64,000 bases of DNA from an uncultured Candidatus Rokubacteria bacterium. GTDB taxonomy: Bacteria; Methylomirabilota; Methylomirabilia; Rokubacteriales; DASRDR01. Below, piece by piece: positions 54,762 to 64,000 of the stretch. Position numbers and translations under genes: made by a program. The notes under the pieces are model-generated. The model was not told the origin of the DNA and searched no databases. It saw only the letters and a program-made list of their open reading frames with translations. The stretch spans positions 320,001 to 384,000 of the forward strand of contig CAWGVS010000012.1 of NCBI GenBank assembly GCA_963826115.1, read 5' to 3'. Each line of letters opens with the position of its first letter. Position 1 is the first letter of the stretch.

Positions 54762-55637
54762 CTAGTAGCTGAAGAGGAGGGTCCCGCGCACGACGTTGTT
54801 GTGGTAGTCGAGCCCGCCCTCGGCCAGGCCGATCTGGTGCTCGTACCCCACGTTGAGCGACCACCGCGCGCCGAGGGCGACGCTCAGTCCCGCGGCCAGG
54901 ATGTGCGTGGTCGCCTCGAGCTTGTACGCGAAGACGTCCGAGCCGAACGCCGGATCCGCCACCACGGCGTCCGACGCCGCGAAGATCTCGGGGTTGCGCT
55001 GGGTGCTCGACGCCACGTCGCCGAAGCGGGCCGCGTAGCCCGCGAAGACCGCAAGGATCGCCGTCGCCTGGAAGTCGGCGCGGATCGACACCGTGTGGGC
55101 TTGCTGATCGAACACGTCAGCCGGCAGGCGCGCCGTGACCGCACGCTCGTGATCGGCGGTGCGGCCGTCGAAGGCGTAGTCGGCGCGGAGGGCCCAGCGC
55201 GCCCCGAAGCGCTTCCCCACCCCCGCCGTCGCGCGGTAGTACCAGCCGGCGCGCACGTCGTCGCGGTACTGGAGCCGGCCTCCGGACGCCGCCACGCGCA
55301 CCCACGGAGCCTCCGCCCCCAGCCCGAGCTTGCTCCGGAACGCGGCGGTCACGCCGAGCGCGACGTGGTCGAGCCCGGAGTACCGCTCGTAGAGGTCGCC
55401 CACGAGGTCCCCCGTGAGCGAGACGACGTGGCGATCGGTCAGGTAGGCCGCGAACCCCGCGGCGGCCGTTGTCGCGAACGCGGCCGCGCCCTTGATGTCG
55501 TGGTCCTTCGACGCGAAGCTCAGGTTGTCCTCGTAGACCACGCCCGTCTCGACGTCGGCAATCCAGGCGGCGCCCGCCGGGTCGGCGAGAACCAGGAGGA
55601 GGACGGAGGCCGCGAGGACACCACCCGCAGTCCGCAT
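54762..55637 (-). CDS. Putative outer-membrane beta-barrel protein
   Basis: Signal peptide, alternating beta strands, aromatic C-terminus (LLFSY). Confidence 0.65.
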   Translation of the reverse strand: MRTAGGVLAASVLLLVLADPAGAAWIADVETGVVYEDNLSFASKDHDIKGAAAFATTAAAGFAAYLTDRHVVSLTGDLVGDLYERYSGLDHVALGVTAAFRSKLGLGAEAPWVRVAASGGRLQYRDDVRAGWYYRATAGVGKRFGARWALRADYAFDGRTADHERAVTARLPADVFDQQAHTVSIRADFQATAILAVFAGYAARFGDVASSTQRNPEIFAASDAVVADPAFGSDVFAYKLEATTHILAAGLSVALGARWSLNVGYEHQIGLAEGGLDYHNNVVRGTLLFSY

Positions 55638-55847
55638 GTGGGTCGCACTTCCGTTATCACGGGGCTGGCGAGGGGGTGAAGGAATATCTGACACTTTCAC
55701 GTTTTCGCGTCGCCGCACGCGGATTCTGTCAGTCCGGCCCCGCGAAGCGGACGCGCCCGCCGGATCCGCCCGGCGGCGCGGGCGGGGAGCGCGTGTGAGA
55801 ACGGGCGTTTGCGAGCCGCGATCCACGGCGGCGCCCCGCGCGCCGCC

Positions 55848-55863
55848 TGGCAAGACTCTTGCT
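55848..55863 (+). promoter_or_regulatory. Putative sigma54 promoter
   Basis: TGGCAAGACTCTTGCT (GG-N10-GC) about 170 bp upstream of the hybrid kinase. Confidence 0.55.
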
Positions 55864-56031
55864 CCTCTCTGGACGGCCGGGGCCTCCGTCCGACCGCCCG
55901 GCCACGAGTCCGCTGGACCGCCAGCCCGTCACGGGAGGATCGCCTGGTGAGTTGCCCGTCCCGGATCACCTCAGCCCGCGGGGCCGCCGGCCCGCGGTCT
56001 CGCCGCATGCCGCGAGGGCGCTGAGGCGGCC

Positions 56032-58644
56032 GTGGCGTTCCGCAGCTTCCAGGCGCGTGTCATCGTGTCGTTCCTCGCCCTCATCACGCTCGTCCAGGTC
56101 GGGGCGTTCGTCGCGGTCAACTCGGCCATCACGCGGAGCGCGCGGGGCTACGTGAAGGCGCAGCTCGCCACGGCCGCCCGGGTGTTCGACCAGGTGATCG
56201 AGGCCCGGAATCGCCGGCTGATCGAGGCGGCGCGCCTCCTGTCGGAGGACTTCGCGTTCAAGCAGGTCCTGGCGGTGAGCGACCGCGCGACCCTCATCTC
56301 GGCGATGGACAACCATCGCCGCCGCATCGGGTCCGACCTCATGATGGTGGTCTCGCTCGAGAACAAGCTCGTCGCCGACACCGCGCGCCACGAGGCGCCG
56401 GGCATCGACTACGCCGCGCTCTTCGGCTTCCCCACGCTCGTGGAGGCCGCCCAGGAGAGCGGCGAGGCGTCGGCCTTCGCCGTCGTCGACGGCCACCTCT
56501 ATCAGCTCGTGGTCGTGCCGCTGCGCGCGCCCGCGCCGATCGCCTGGCTCGGCATGGGCTTTCTGATCGACGAGCGCCTGGCGGCGGAGCTCCAGCGGAC
56601 CACGTCGTCCCACGTCTCGTTCGTGCGGGCCGGCCCCGCCAATGTGTGGACGGCCTTCGCGTCCACCCTGCCCCCGACCGCCCAGCGGTCGCTGGTGGAG
56701 GCCCTCAGCCGGCCGGAGTCCCCGAACGGCGGGTGGATCTTCGGCCCCCGCGGCACCGAGTACGACACGCTCGTGCTGCAGCTCCCGTCGTCCACCCCGA
56801 CCGACATCCGCGTGACGCTCCACCGCTCGCTGGCCGACGCCATGGAGCCGTACCGGACGCTCCAGGCGGCGCTCCTCGCCCTGTTCGGCCTGGCGGCGTG
56901 CGTCTCGGTCGTCGGCGGCGTCTGGGTCGCGCGCGGCGTCAGCCGCCCGGTGCGCGAGCTGGTCGCCGCTGCCCGCGGGATCGAGGCCGGGCAGTACGGC
57001 GCGGTCGTCGAGATGCGCCGGCGCGACGAGCTCGGCGATCTGGCCGCCACCTTCAACCGGATGACCGGCGCCGTCGCCGAGCGCGAGGAGCGGCTCCGCG
57101 AGAGCGAGGAGCGATTTCGCACGATGACCGAGTCGGCGGTCGACGCGGTCGTCACGGCCGACGCCGCCGGGGAGATCGTGTCCTGGAACCGCGGCGCCCG
57201 GGCCGTCTTCGGCTACGGGCCGGCGGAGGTGCTGGGGACGCCGCTCGCGCGCCTCCTGCCCGAGCATCACCGCGAGCGCGACGCGGAGGGCCGCGAGCGG
57301 ATCGCGTCCGCGGATGTGACGCCGGCGCTCGAGCGGCCCGTGGAGCTCCACGGCGTGCGGAAGGACGGCCGGGTCTTCCCCATCGAGCTGTCACTCGCCC
57401 GGTGGGAGACACGGCGGGGAGCCTTCCTCACCGTGATCATCCGCGACGTCACCGAGCGCCGCCAGCTGGAGGAGCAGTTCCGGCAGGCCCAGAAGATGGA
57501 GAGCATCGGGCGGCTGGCGGGGGGCCTGGCGCACGACTTCAACAACCTCTTGACGGTGATCGGCGGCCACGCCGATCTCCTGCACGGGCGCCTCAAGCCG
57601 GACGACCCGCTCCACCGGCGGATCTCCCTGATCCAGGAGGCCGCCGCCCACGCGGCCGACCTCACGAAGCAGCTCCTCGCCTTCAGCCGGAAGCAGGTCC
57701 TCGCGCCGCAGGTCCTGGATCTGAACGGCATCGTCACGGAGCTCGAGCCGATGCTCCGGCGCCTGATCGGCGAGGACATCGACCTCGTCACGGCCCCCGC
57801 GCGCGGGCTGGGCAACGTCAAGGCGGACCCGGCGCAGATCAAGCAGATCCTCTTCAACCTCGTCGTGAACGCCCGGGACGCCATGCCGCAGGGCGGCAAG
57901 CTCACGATCGAGACCGAGAACGTCGAGCTGGACGAGCACTACGCGCGGCTCCACCCCGACGTCGCCGCCGGCACCTACGTCATGCTCGCGGTGACCGACA
58001 CCGGCGTCGGCATGGACCCGGAGACGCGATCCCGCATCTTCGAGCCCTTCTTCACGACGAAGCCAGCCGGCCTCGGCACCGGCCTCGGCCTGGCGACCGT
58101 GTACGGCATCGTGAAGCAGAGCAACGGCGCCATCTCCGTCTACAGCGAGCCGGGGCTGGGCACGGCCTTCAAGGTGTACCTGCCGCGCGTCCTCGAGCCC
58201 GCGGACGCGGTGGTGGCAGCCCCCGTTGCCGGCGTCCGGGGCGGCTCCGAGACCATCCTCCTCGTGGAGGACAACGAGATGGTGCGCACGCTCACGTGCG
58301 AGATCCTGAAGCGCCAGGGCTACACCGTCGTGGAGGCGCAGCACGGGGCGGACGCGCTGGACCTCGCCCGGCGCTACCACGGGCCCATCCATCTCCTGCT
58401 GACGGACGTCGTCATGCCGGAGATGAGCGGCCCCGAGCTCGTGAGCCGGCTCGCGCCGCTCCGGCCCCAGATGAAGATCGTCTACATGTCCGGGTACACG
58501 GCGGACGCCATCGACCACCAGGGGATGCTGGACGAGGGCATCGAGTTCCTCGCGAAGCCCATCGGCCTCGACACCCTGGTGCGGAAGCTCCGCGAGGTCC
58601 TGGACGGGCGGGGGCGCGTGCCCCTCGCGGAAGCCGCGCGCTGA
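56032..58644 (+). CDS. Hybrid sensor histidine kinase (Cache-HAMP-PAS-HisKA-HATPase-REC)
   Basis: RRDELGDL, AHDFNNLL, NARDAM, GTGLGL, LLTDVVMP. Confidence 0.93.
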   Translation: MAFRSFQARVIVSFLALITLVQVGAFVAVNSAITRSARGYVKAQLATAARVFDQVIEARNRRLIEAARLLSEDFAFKQVLAVSDRATLISAMDNHRRRIGSDLMMVVSLENKLVADTARHEAPGIDYAALFGFPTLVEAAQESGEASAFAVVDGHLYQLVVVPLRAPAPIAWLGMGFLIDERLAAELQRTTSSHVSFVRAGPANVWTAFASTLPPTAQRSLVEALSRPESPNGGWIFGPRGTEYDTLVLQLPSSTPTDIRVTLHRSLADAMEPYRTLQAALLALFGLAACVSVVGGVWVARGVSRPVRELVAAARGIEAGQYGAVVEMRRRDELGDLAATFNRMTGAVAEREERLRESEERFRTMTESAVDAVVTADAAGEIVSWNRGARAVFGYGPAEVLGTPLARLLPEHHRERDAEGRERIASADVTPALERPVELHGVRKDGRVFPIELSLARWETRRGAFLTVIIRDVTERRQLEEQFRQAQKMESIGRLAGGLAHDFNNLLTVIGGHADLLHGRLKPDDPLHRRISLIQEAAAHAADLTKQLLAFSRKQVLAPQVLDLNGIVTELEPMLRRLIGEDIDLVTAPARGLGNVKADPAQIKQILFNLVVNARDAMPQGGKLTIETENVELDEHYARLHPDVAAGTYVMLAVTDTGVGMDPETRSRIFEPFFTTKPAGLGTGLGLATVYGIVKQSNGAISVYSEPGLGTAFKVYLPRVLEPADAVVAAPVAGVRGGSETILLVEDNEMVRTLTCEILKRQGYTVVEAQHGADALDLARRYHGPIHLLLTDVVMPEMSGPELVSRLAPLRPQMKIVYMSGYTADAIDHQGMLDEGIEFLAKPIGLDTLVRKLREVLDGRGRVPLAEAAR

Positions 58645-58656
58645 GCCCGGGCCGCC

Positions 58657-59184
58657 CTACCCCGGCCGGTCCACCGGCGCCCGGGACTGGGCCTGGGTCC
58701 ACGGGAACGCGGCGAGCGTCTCGCGGGCGCGATCGCGCATGAAGTCCGCGACGACCTGGATGGGCGGCCAGTCCGGCTGCGCGTTCACCCACGCGGCCGC
58801 CGCCGACAGGTCGGCGCCCAGGAGCGACCGGTAGGTCGGCACGTCCGTCGCCCGCGCCGCGAACACGACGCGGCCGATCCCGAGCTGGGTGATGACGAAG
58901 GCGCAGAGGAGGCACGGCTCGCAGCTCGTGTAGAGCGTGGCGCCGCGGAGCGCCTGCCACGCGCCGAGCCGCCGCCACGCGTCCCGGATCGCGACGATCT
59001 CGCCGTGCGCGGCGGGGTCCCGGTCGGCGCGCACCGTGTTGTGGCCCTCGCCGGCCAGGGCGCCGTCCCGGTCCACGACCACCGCGCCGAACGGGGTCTG
59101 CCCGCCGCGAACGGCGGCCTCGGCCAGCTCGAGCGCCCGCGTCATGAAGGCCGCGTCGCGCGCCGGGTCCGCGCCCGATGCCAT
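58657..59184 (-). CDS. Nucleoside deaminase (TadA/guanine deaminase family)
   Basis: PFGAVVV, HGE, EPCLLC. Confidence 0.9.
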   Translation of the reverse strand: MASGADPARDAAFMTRALELAEAAVRGGQTPFGAVVVDRDGALAGEGHNTVRADRDPAAHGEIVAIRDAWRRLGAWQALRGATLYTSCEPCLLCAFVITQLGIGRVVFAARATDVPTYRSLLGADLSAAAAWVNAQPDWPPIQVVADFMRDRARETLAAFPWTQAQSRAPVDRPG

Positions 59185-59200
59185 CAGGCGCCCGCGCCCC

Positions 59201-59803
59201 TCAGGCGGGCCACTCGCGCTCGGCGCGCCAGGTGACCCCGTCGCGGTAGTCGAGGTACCGCGTGCGGCGGAGCACCGGCGCGCGCCCGGCGCCCATCCCT
59301 CCGGGCAGGACGCCCAGGTGGAGCCGCACGTCCGTGTAGTGGCGGGGCGCCAGCTCGCGCACGGCGTGCGCGTGCCGATCACCGGCCCCCCAGTGCTCGC
59401 GGGCCGCGTCCCCGTCGAGGAGGATGAGGTTCCCCCAGTCCCCGCCGCCGACCTCGATCGAGCTGTAGCTGAGGACGCCCGGATGGGCGGGAAACTCCGC
59501 GATGAGCTCGTCGTCCCGCACGCGGAGCGGGGCGGCATCGACGTCGCGCCGCTTCGCCGCGAAGAAGCCGACCCAGCCGAGGTCGCGGCCGTCGCCGAGC
59601 CGGCCCGGGTCGCAGACGATGGTCCGGTGCGCCCGGCCGTCCGGCTCGTGCGCTTCCACGACGAGCGGCCCCGGCGCGGCCGGACTCCCGGGCCGGCCGG
59701 ACACCCGTCGCACCGCCGCCAGCATCAACCGCACGGCCGCCAGGTCGTGGGCCGTCCGGGCGGGATCGGTGAACCCGCGCCCCGCGGCCGTCTCCGTTGA
59801 CAT
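59201..59803 (-). CDS. Hypothetical protein, possible dimeric alpha/beta-barrel
   Basis: Coding-like ORF; NL.......A..HW.....H..AV pattern; start uncertain (59803 or 59848). Confidence 0.65.
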   Translation of the reverse strand: MSTETAAGRGFTDPARTAHDLAAVRLMLAAVRRVSGRPGSPAAPGPLVVEAHEPDGRAHRTIVCDPGRLGDGRDLGWVGFFAAKRRDVDAAPLRVRDDELIAEFPAHPGVLSYSSIEVGGGDWGNLILLDGDAAREHWGAGDRHAHAVRELAPRHYTDVRLHLGVLPGGMGAGRAPVLRRTRYLDYRDGVTWRAEREWPA

Positions 59804-59904
59804 GAGCCGCTCGCACTCGTTCACGGTCGCCTCCGTTGCGCCGATCATTCCCGCCAGGCATCCGTCGTGTCAACGGGCCCGCCTGCGGGTCGTAGAATGG
59901 GCGC

Positions 59905-60705
59905 GTGCTTCGCGTCGCGTCCTTCCTGGCCGACAACGCCCGGCCGCTCTACGGAGCGATCACCCGCTACCTCGGGGACCGCCTCGCGATGCGGGCCGAG
60001 TTCTCGGCCGGCGTGCTGGCGGACCTGCGCCCCTGGCTGGACGCGAGCGCCATCGACGTCGCATTCCTCTGCGGGTGGCCGTACGCCACGCAGCACGACC
60101 GTCCCGGGGCGCCGATCGAGCTCCTCTGCGCGCCCGTGATGACCGGGCCGCGTTACGGCGCGCGCCCCGTCTACTTCACTGACGTGATCGTTCGCCACAG
60201 CCACGCGGCGCGCACCTTCGCCGACCTTCGCGGCGCGACCTGGGCGTACAACAACACCGGGTCCCACTCCGGCTACAACGTCGTGCGCCACCACCTGCTC
60301 GAGCTCGGCGAGACGCGCGGCTACTTCGGGCGCGTCGTCTCCGGCGGCACGCACCAAGGCTCGATCCAGCTGGTCCTCGACGGCGCGATCGACGCCGCCG
60401 GCGTCGACAGCACGGTGATCGAGACCGAGGTCGCCGCCCGCCCGGAGCTTGCGACGGCGCTCCGCACGATCCTCACGCTCGGGCCGAGCGCCATCCCGCC
60501 CGTCGTGGTCCCGCGGGGCCTCGACCCGGCGCTCAAGGCGCGCCTCCGGGACCTCTTCCTCCGCATGGCGGCCGACCCCGCCGGGCGCGCCGTCCTCGCG
60601 GCACACCGCGTGGCCAGTTTCGTCTCGGTGCGGGACGCGGACTACGATGCGATCCGCGCGATGGCGCGGCGGGCCGAGGCCGCCGGCTTCCTGACCCTCC
60701 GCTGA
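59905..60705 (+). CDS. PhnD/SsuA-family substrate-binding protein
   Basis: CGWPY, Y...VIVR, SHSGY, H..S...V..G..DAA.VDS. Confidence 0.87.
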   Translation: MLRVASFLADNARPLYGAITRYLGDRLAMRAEFSAGVLADLRPWLDASAIDVAFLCGWPYATQHDRPGAPIELLCAPVMTGPRYGARPVYFTDVIVRHSHAARTFADLRGATWAYNNTGSHSGYNVVRHHLLELGETRGYFGRVVSGGTHQGSIQLVLDGAIDAAGVDSTVIETEVAARPELATALRTILTLGPSAIPPVVVPRGLDPALKARLRDLFLRMAADPAGRAVLAAHRVASFVSVRDADYDAIRAMARRAEAAGFLTLR

Positions 60706-60717
60706 CGGCGCCCGCCG

Positions 60718-61959
60718 TCAGCTCAGGAGCTTCGCGTCGTAGGGATACGTGCAGAGGAGCTCGCAGCCCGAGGGCGTCACCACCACCTGGTCCTCCAGCT
60801 TGACACCGAAGGACGCCCCGACCTTGCCCGCGTAGCACTCGAGGTTTAGGACCATGTTCTCCTTCAGCTCGCGGTGCGGCAGGATGCGCCGCGGGCCGCG
60901 GTCGTCGTCCACGTAGGGGATGCCCGGGCCCTCGTCCTCCAGCCCCGCCTGGTGGACCATCCCCGGGTAGCGCATCGCGCGATACGCCTCGGGGAGCCTC
61001 GGCGCCTTCTCGGCGAACTCGGCGAACGTCATGCCCGGGCGGACGAGCTCGACCATCCCGGTCACGCAGTCGTACGCGACCCGGTAGGCCTCCTTCTGGG
61101 CGGGTGACGGATCGTTCCCGCAGAGGAACGTGCGGGAGACGTCGATCACGTACCCCTCGTAGCCGTTCGCGTCGGTGTCCACGCCGACCAGGTCGCCGGG
61201 CTGGACGATCTTGTCGTGGGCCTCGGTGAGCCAGGGATTCGTGTTGGTGCCGGACGCGACGAGCCGCGTGAAGAGGAACTCGCCGTGGCGGCGGAGAAGC
61301 GAGTCGCTCAGCACGGCGAGGAGGTCGAGCTCCCGGATCCCGGGACGGATGGCCGCCTCGAACTCGGCGAGCATCGCGTCCCCGATGCCCCCGTTGAGGG
61401 CCATGAGCTGGACCTCCTCCGGGGTCTTCACCTCCCGCGCGTCGACCGTCGCCGGGCTCGCGTCGACGATCTGGAAGCCCTCGGCCTGGAGCGCGAGGAA
61501 CCCGATCGCGTCCAGGCGGTCGACGGCCAGCCGCTCCCGGTCCAGGCCCATCTCGCGCAGCACCGAGCGCAGCGACTGGGCCCACTCCCGCGCCTTCGCC
61601 GCGGACTCGGTCCCGCCGAACTGCCAGCCGTACGCCATGCGCACGTCCTGGACCAGCTTCTGGGCGACGTGGACCGACCCCTTGTACTCGAAGAGGACGG
61701 GCGCGCCCTCGGCGGGCACCACGCAGTACCGGGCGAACGTCCCCGCCGTCCAGACGCCCATCACGTCGACGCCCGTCGCGTAGCGGATGTTGGCCGTGCC
61801 GTAGAAGAGGCACACGGGCAGGCCGTGCCGCTTCATCTCCGCCTGGAGCCGCGCGAGGCGGCCGCGGCGGAGGGCTCCCATGTCGATCTCGGAGACGTTC
61901 GGCACCCGCAGGTTGCTGATGCGGGGGCGGGCGAGGGCGCGACCACGCTCGGTGATCAT
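60718..61959 (-). CDS. M24-family metallopeptidase, DddP-like
   Basis: NIRYATG, VKTPEE, RLVASG..TNPW..E, DTD, D.SRT, LE, KLEDQ. Confidence 0.85.
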   Translation of the reverse strand: MITERGRALARPRISNLRVPNVSEIDMGALRRGRLARLQAEMKRHGLPVCLFYGTANIRYATGVDVMGVWTAGTFARYCVVPAEGAPVLFEYKGSVHVAQKLVQDVRMAYGWQFGGTESAAKAREWAQSLRSVLREMGLDRERLAVDRLDAIGFLALQAEGFQIVDASPATVDAREVKTPEEVQLMALNGGIGDAMLAEFEAAIRPGIRELDLLAVLSDSLLRRHGEFLFTRLVASGTNTNPWLTEAHDKIVQPGDLVGVDTDANGYEGYVIDVSRTFLCGNDPSPAQKEAYRVAYDCVTGMVELVRPGMTFAEFAEKAPRLPEAYRAMRYPGMVHQAGLEDEGPGIPYVDDDRGPRRILPHRELKENMVLNLECYAGKVGASFGVKLEDQVVVTPSGCELLCTYPYDAKLLS

Positions 61960-62056
61960 GGACGGGGGGTCTCCTTTCGCAGGCGGGCTCGGCCGCCCGG
62001 TCGCTCGGACGCGCCGGAGAGGGCGACGGCAGTATCGGCGAGGCGTCCGACGCCGA

Positions 62057-62530
62057 TCAAGGGCCGGTCACGCGCGCGCGCCGGGGCAGCGATTGCCGGT
62101 CCGTCACCACGGGCTCGGCCCGCAGCGTCTGCGTGAACCCCGCGGCGTCGAACGCGATCTCCCCCGCTCGGGGCCAGTTGAGGGCGATCCGCCATCGACG
62201 CGCGCGACGCGCGCCGGGGGCCGACGGGCCCCGACACTCGATACGGTCGATCGAGGCCTCGTGGAGCAGCACGCCCGTGCTGCCCCAGGCGATCGCGATC
62301 CGCAGGTCCGAGACCGTGTGGAATCGGAGGGTCGCCGGCGCCACGCGAAACTGGACCCGCCCGGGACCGCCCACGTCACAGAGCCACTCGACGATGAAGT
62401 CGATGTCGAGGACCAGGTCGCAGGTCCAGTCCCCCGCGTCCGGATCCGGCGGATGGAGCTCCAGGCCCCAGAGGGCGCAGTCGTGCCAGGTGAGCCGCTC
62501 GAAGTCCGCGTCCGTCCACCTCGCCGTCAC
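62057..62530 (-). CDS. Hypothetical protein
   Basis: WHD...LDIDFIVEW...F.VAPATL.F; GGGAG RBS. Confidence 0.7.
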   Translation of the reverse strand: MTARWTDADFERLTWHDCALWGLELHPPDPDAGDWTCDLVLDIDFIVEWLCDVGGPGRVQFRVAPATLRFHTVSDLRIAIAWGSTGVLLHEASIDRIECRGPSAPGARRARRWRIALNWPRAGEIAFDAAGFTQTLRAEPVVTDRQSLPRRARVTGP

Positions 62531-62560
62531 GGTCGCTCCCGAGAGGCTCCCGTGGCCGTC

Positions 62561-64000
62561 TCAAGGGCGACGCAGCACACGGCCGGCGCGCGCGCCCGTG
62601 TGACGGCCGTCCCGGATCGTCATCTCGCCGGCCACCAGGACGTGCTCGATCCCCGCGGGAAATTGATGGGGCTCGGCGTACGTGGCGACGTCCCGGACCG
62701 TGGCCGGATCGAAGACGACCAGGTCCGCGTCGGCGCCCACCTGCACCCGCCCCTTGGCCCGGAGCCCGAGCTTCTCGGCCGGCCGGTACGCCGCCTTGTG
62801 AACCGCGGCCTCGAGCGAGAGCACGCCGGTCTCGCGCACGTAGTGGCCGAGGATCCGGGGGTAGGTCCCGTAGCAGCGGGGATGCGGCTTCCCCTCGGCG
62901 AGCGGGCCGCGGGGCGTCAGCACGAGCCCGTCCGAGCCGAACATGGCGAGCGGATGCCGCATCACGTGGCGGACGTCGTCCTCGCTCATCACGAAGTGGA
63001 CCATCATCCCCCGCGCGCTCGACTCGTCGAGGAGGGCGAGGAGCGTCTCGACGGGGTCGGTCCGGCGCCGGGCGGCGATGTCGGCGACCGACCCGCCCTC
63101 GTCGGCCTTCCCGGGCCCGTCGGGCATCCAGGACACGATGGTCTGGTCCCATTCCCGCCCCTGCTCGCCGATCTCCCGCACGAGCCGCGCCCGGTCGGCC
63201 GGCGCGCGGAGCCGGCCGAGGAGCGCGGCGAGCCCGCCCTCGTGCGCCCAGTCCGGCACGATCTGGGTCAACGGCGCGCTCCCCGCCGTGTACGGATAGA
63301 CGTCGAAGGTCACGTCCTGGCCGCGCGCCTGCGCCCACTCGGAGAGCTGCGTGGCGTGCTGGATGCGGCCCCAGTAGGGCCGGAACGCCGCCTTGTGGTG
63401 CGAGATCTGGACGGGCGCGCCGGACCGCTCGCCGACCTCGATCGCCTCGGCCACCGCGCGGAGCAACGAGGACCCTTCTCCGCGGATGTGGCTCGCGTAG
63501 AGTCCGCCCGCCTCGGCCGCCACGCGCGCGAGCTCGACGAGCTCCTCGGTGTCGGCGTAGGCGCCCGGCGGATACACGAGTCCCGTGGAGAGCCCGAAGC
63601 AGCCATCGCGCATCGCCCCGCGGACGAGCTCCTGCATCGCCGCGAGCTCGCCCGCCGTGGGCGGCCGCTGGGCGTAGCCCATGACCGACGCGCGCACCGT
63701 GACGTGCCCGATCAGCGGGGCGACGTGGAGACCGAGCCCCCCGGCCCCCAGCCGGTCTGCGAACTCGCCGTAGGACCGCCAGCCCCAGTCGAGGTCGTGG
63801 ACGAAGCTCCCGAAGAAGCCGTGGAGCGACCGCACCGTCTCCGCGTGCGCGTCGGTGAGCGGCGCCGGGCTGAACCCGCAGTTCCCGACGACCTCGGTGG
63901 TCACGCCCTGATGGATCTTGCTGTCCCCGCCCGGACAGAGCAGGAGCGACAGGTCGGAGTGGGTGTGCATGTCGATGAAGCCCGGGCAGACGACCCGGCC
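62561..64000 (-). CDS. N-acyl-D-amino-acid deacylase (5' end outside window)
   Basis: PGFIDMHTHSD, GNCG, HIRGE, PHPRCYGTYPR, ADLVVFDP. Confidence 0.92.
   Translation of the reverse strand, partial: GRVVCPGFIDMHTHSDLSLLLCPGGDSKIHQGVTTEVVGNCGFSPAPLTDAHAETVRSLHGFFGSFVHDLDWGWRSYGEFADRLGAGGLGLHVAPLIGHVTVRASVMGYAQRPPTAGELAAMQELVRGAMRDGCFGLSTGLVYPPGAYADTEELVELARVAAEAGGLYASHIRGEGSSLLRAVAEAIEVGERSGAPVQISHHKAAFRPYWGRIQHATQLSEWAQARGQDVTFDVYPYTAGSAPLTQIVPDWAHEGGLAALLGRLRAPADRARLVREIGEQGREWDQTIVSWMPDGPGKADEGGSVADIAARRRTDPVETLLALLDESSARGMMVHFVMSEDDVRHVMRHPLAMFGSDGLVLTPRGPLAEGKPHPRCYGTYPRILGHYVRETGVLSLEAAVHKAAYRPAEKLGLRAKGRVQVGADADLVVFDPATVRDVATYAEPHQFPAGIEHVLVAGEMTIRDGRHTGARAGRVLRRP

Overview
High-GC bacterial window, inferred to be Candidatus Rokubacteria/Methylomirabilota-like from its orphan ABC substrate-binding proteins (SBPs), LLM oxidoreductase and gene order. 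Positions 1-32.7 kb are core genome: dnaB(5')-rplI-DUF2232-rpsR-ssb-rpsF, groEL/groES with a perfect CIRCE, a DtxR-type regulator with an Fe3+ ABC transporter, MrfAB-like genes, rlmD, MFS, TPR, ispE-tRNA-Gln-prs-rplY-pth, and rpsU-mutS2(frameshifted)-dnaG-rpoD-tRNA(CAT)-Zn-ribbon-GMC-rnpB. An accessory region starts at the 3' end of the RNase P RNA gene. That 3' end recurs at 40257 and 44395, each copy followed by a conserved downstream motif, delimiting tandem cassettes with no integrase. Their cargo is a head-to-tail SBP array, a decayed IS21, FMO/MOSC, a methyltransferase, DUF2079 and an IS630-disrupted dehydrogenase. Next comes a RiPP-like cluster: a tandem PqqD/RRE protein with built-in leader-like tails, an HPr-kinase-like kinase and three glycosyltransferases, with no lasso cyclase or protease. 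The last 12 kb holds metabolic and signalling genes. All calls come from reading the sequence by eye; no searches were run.
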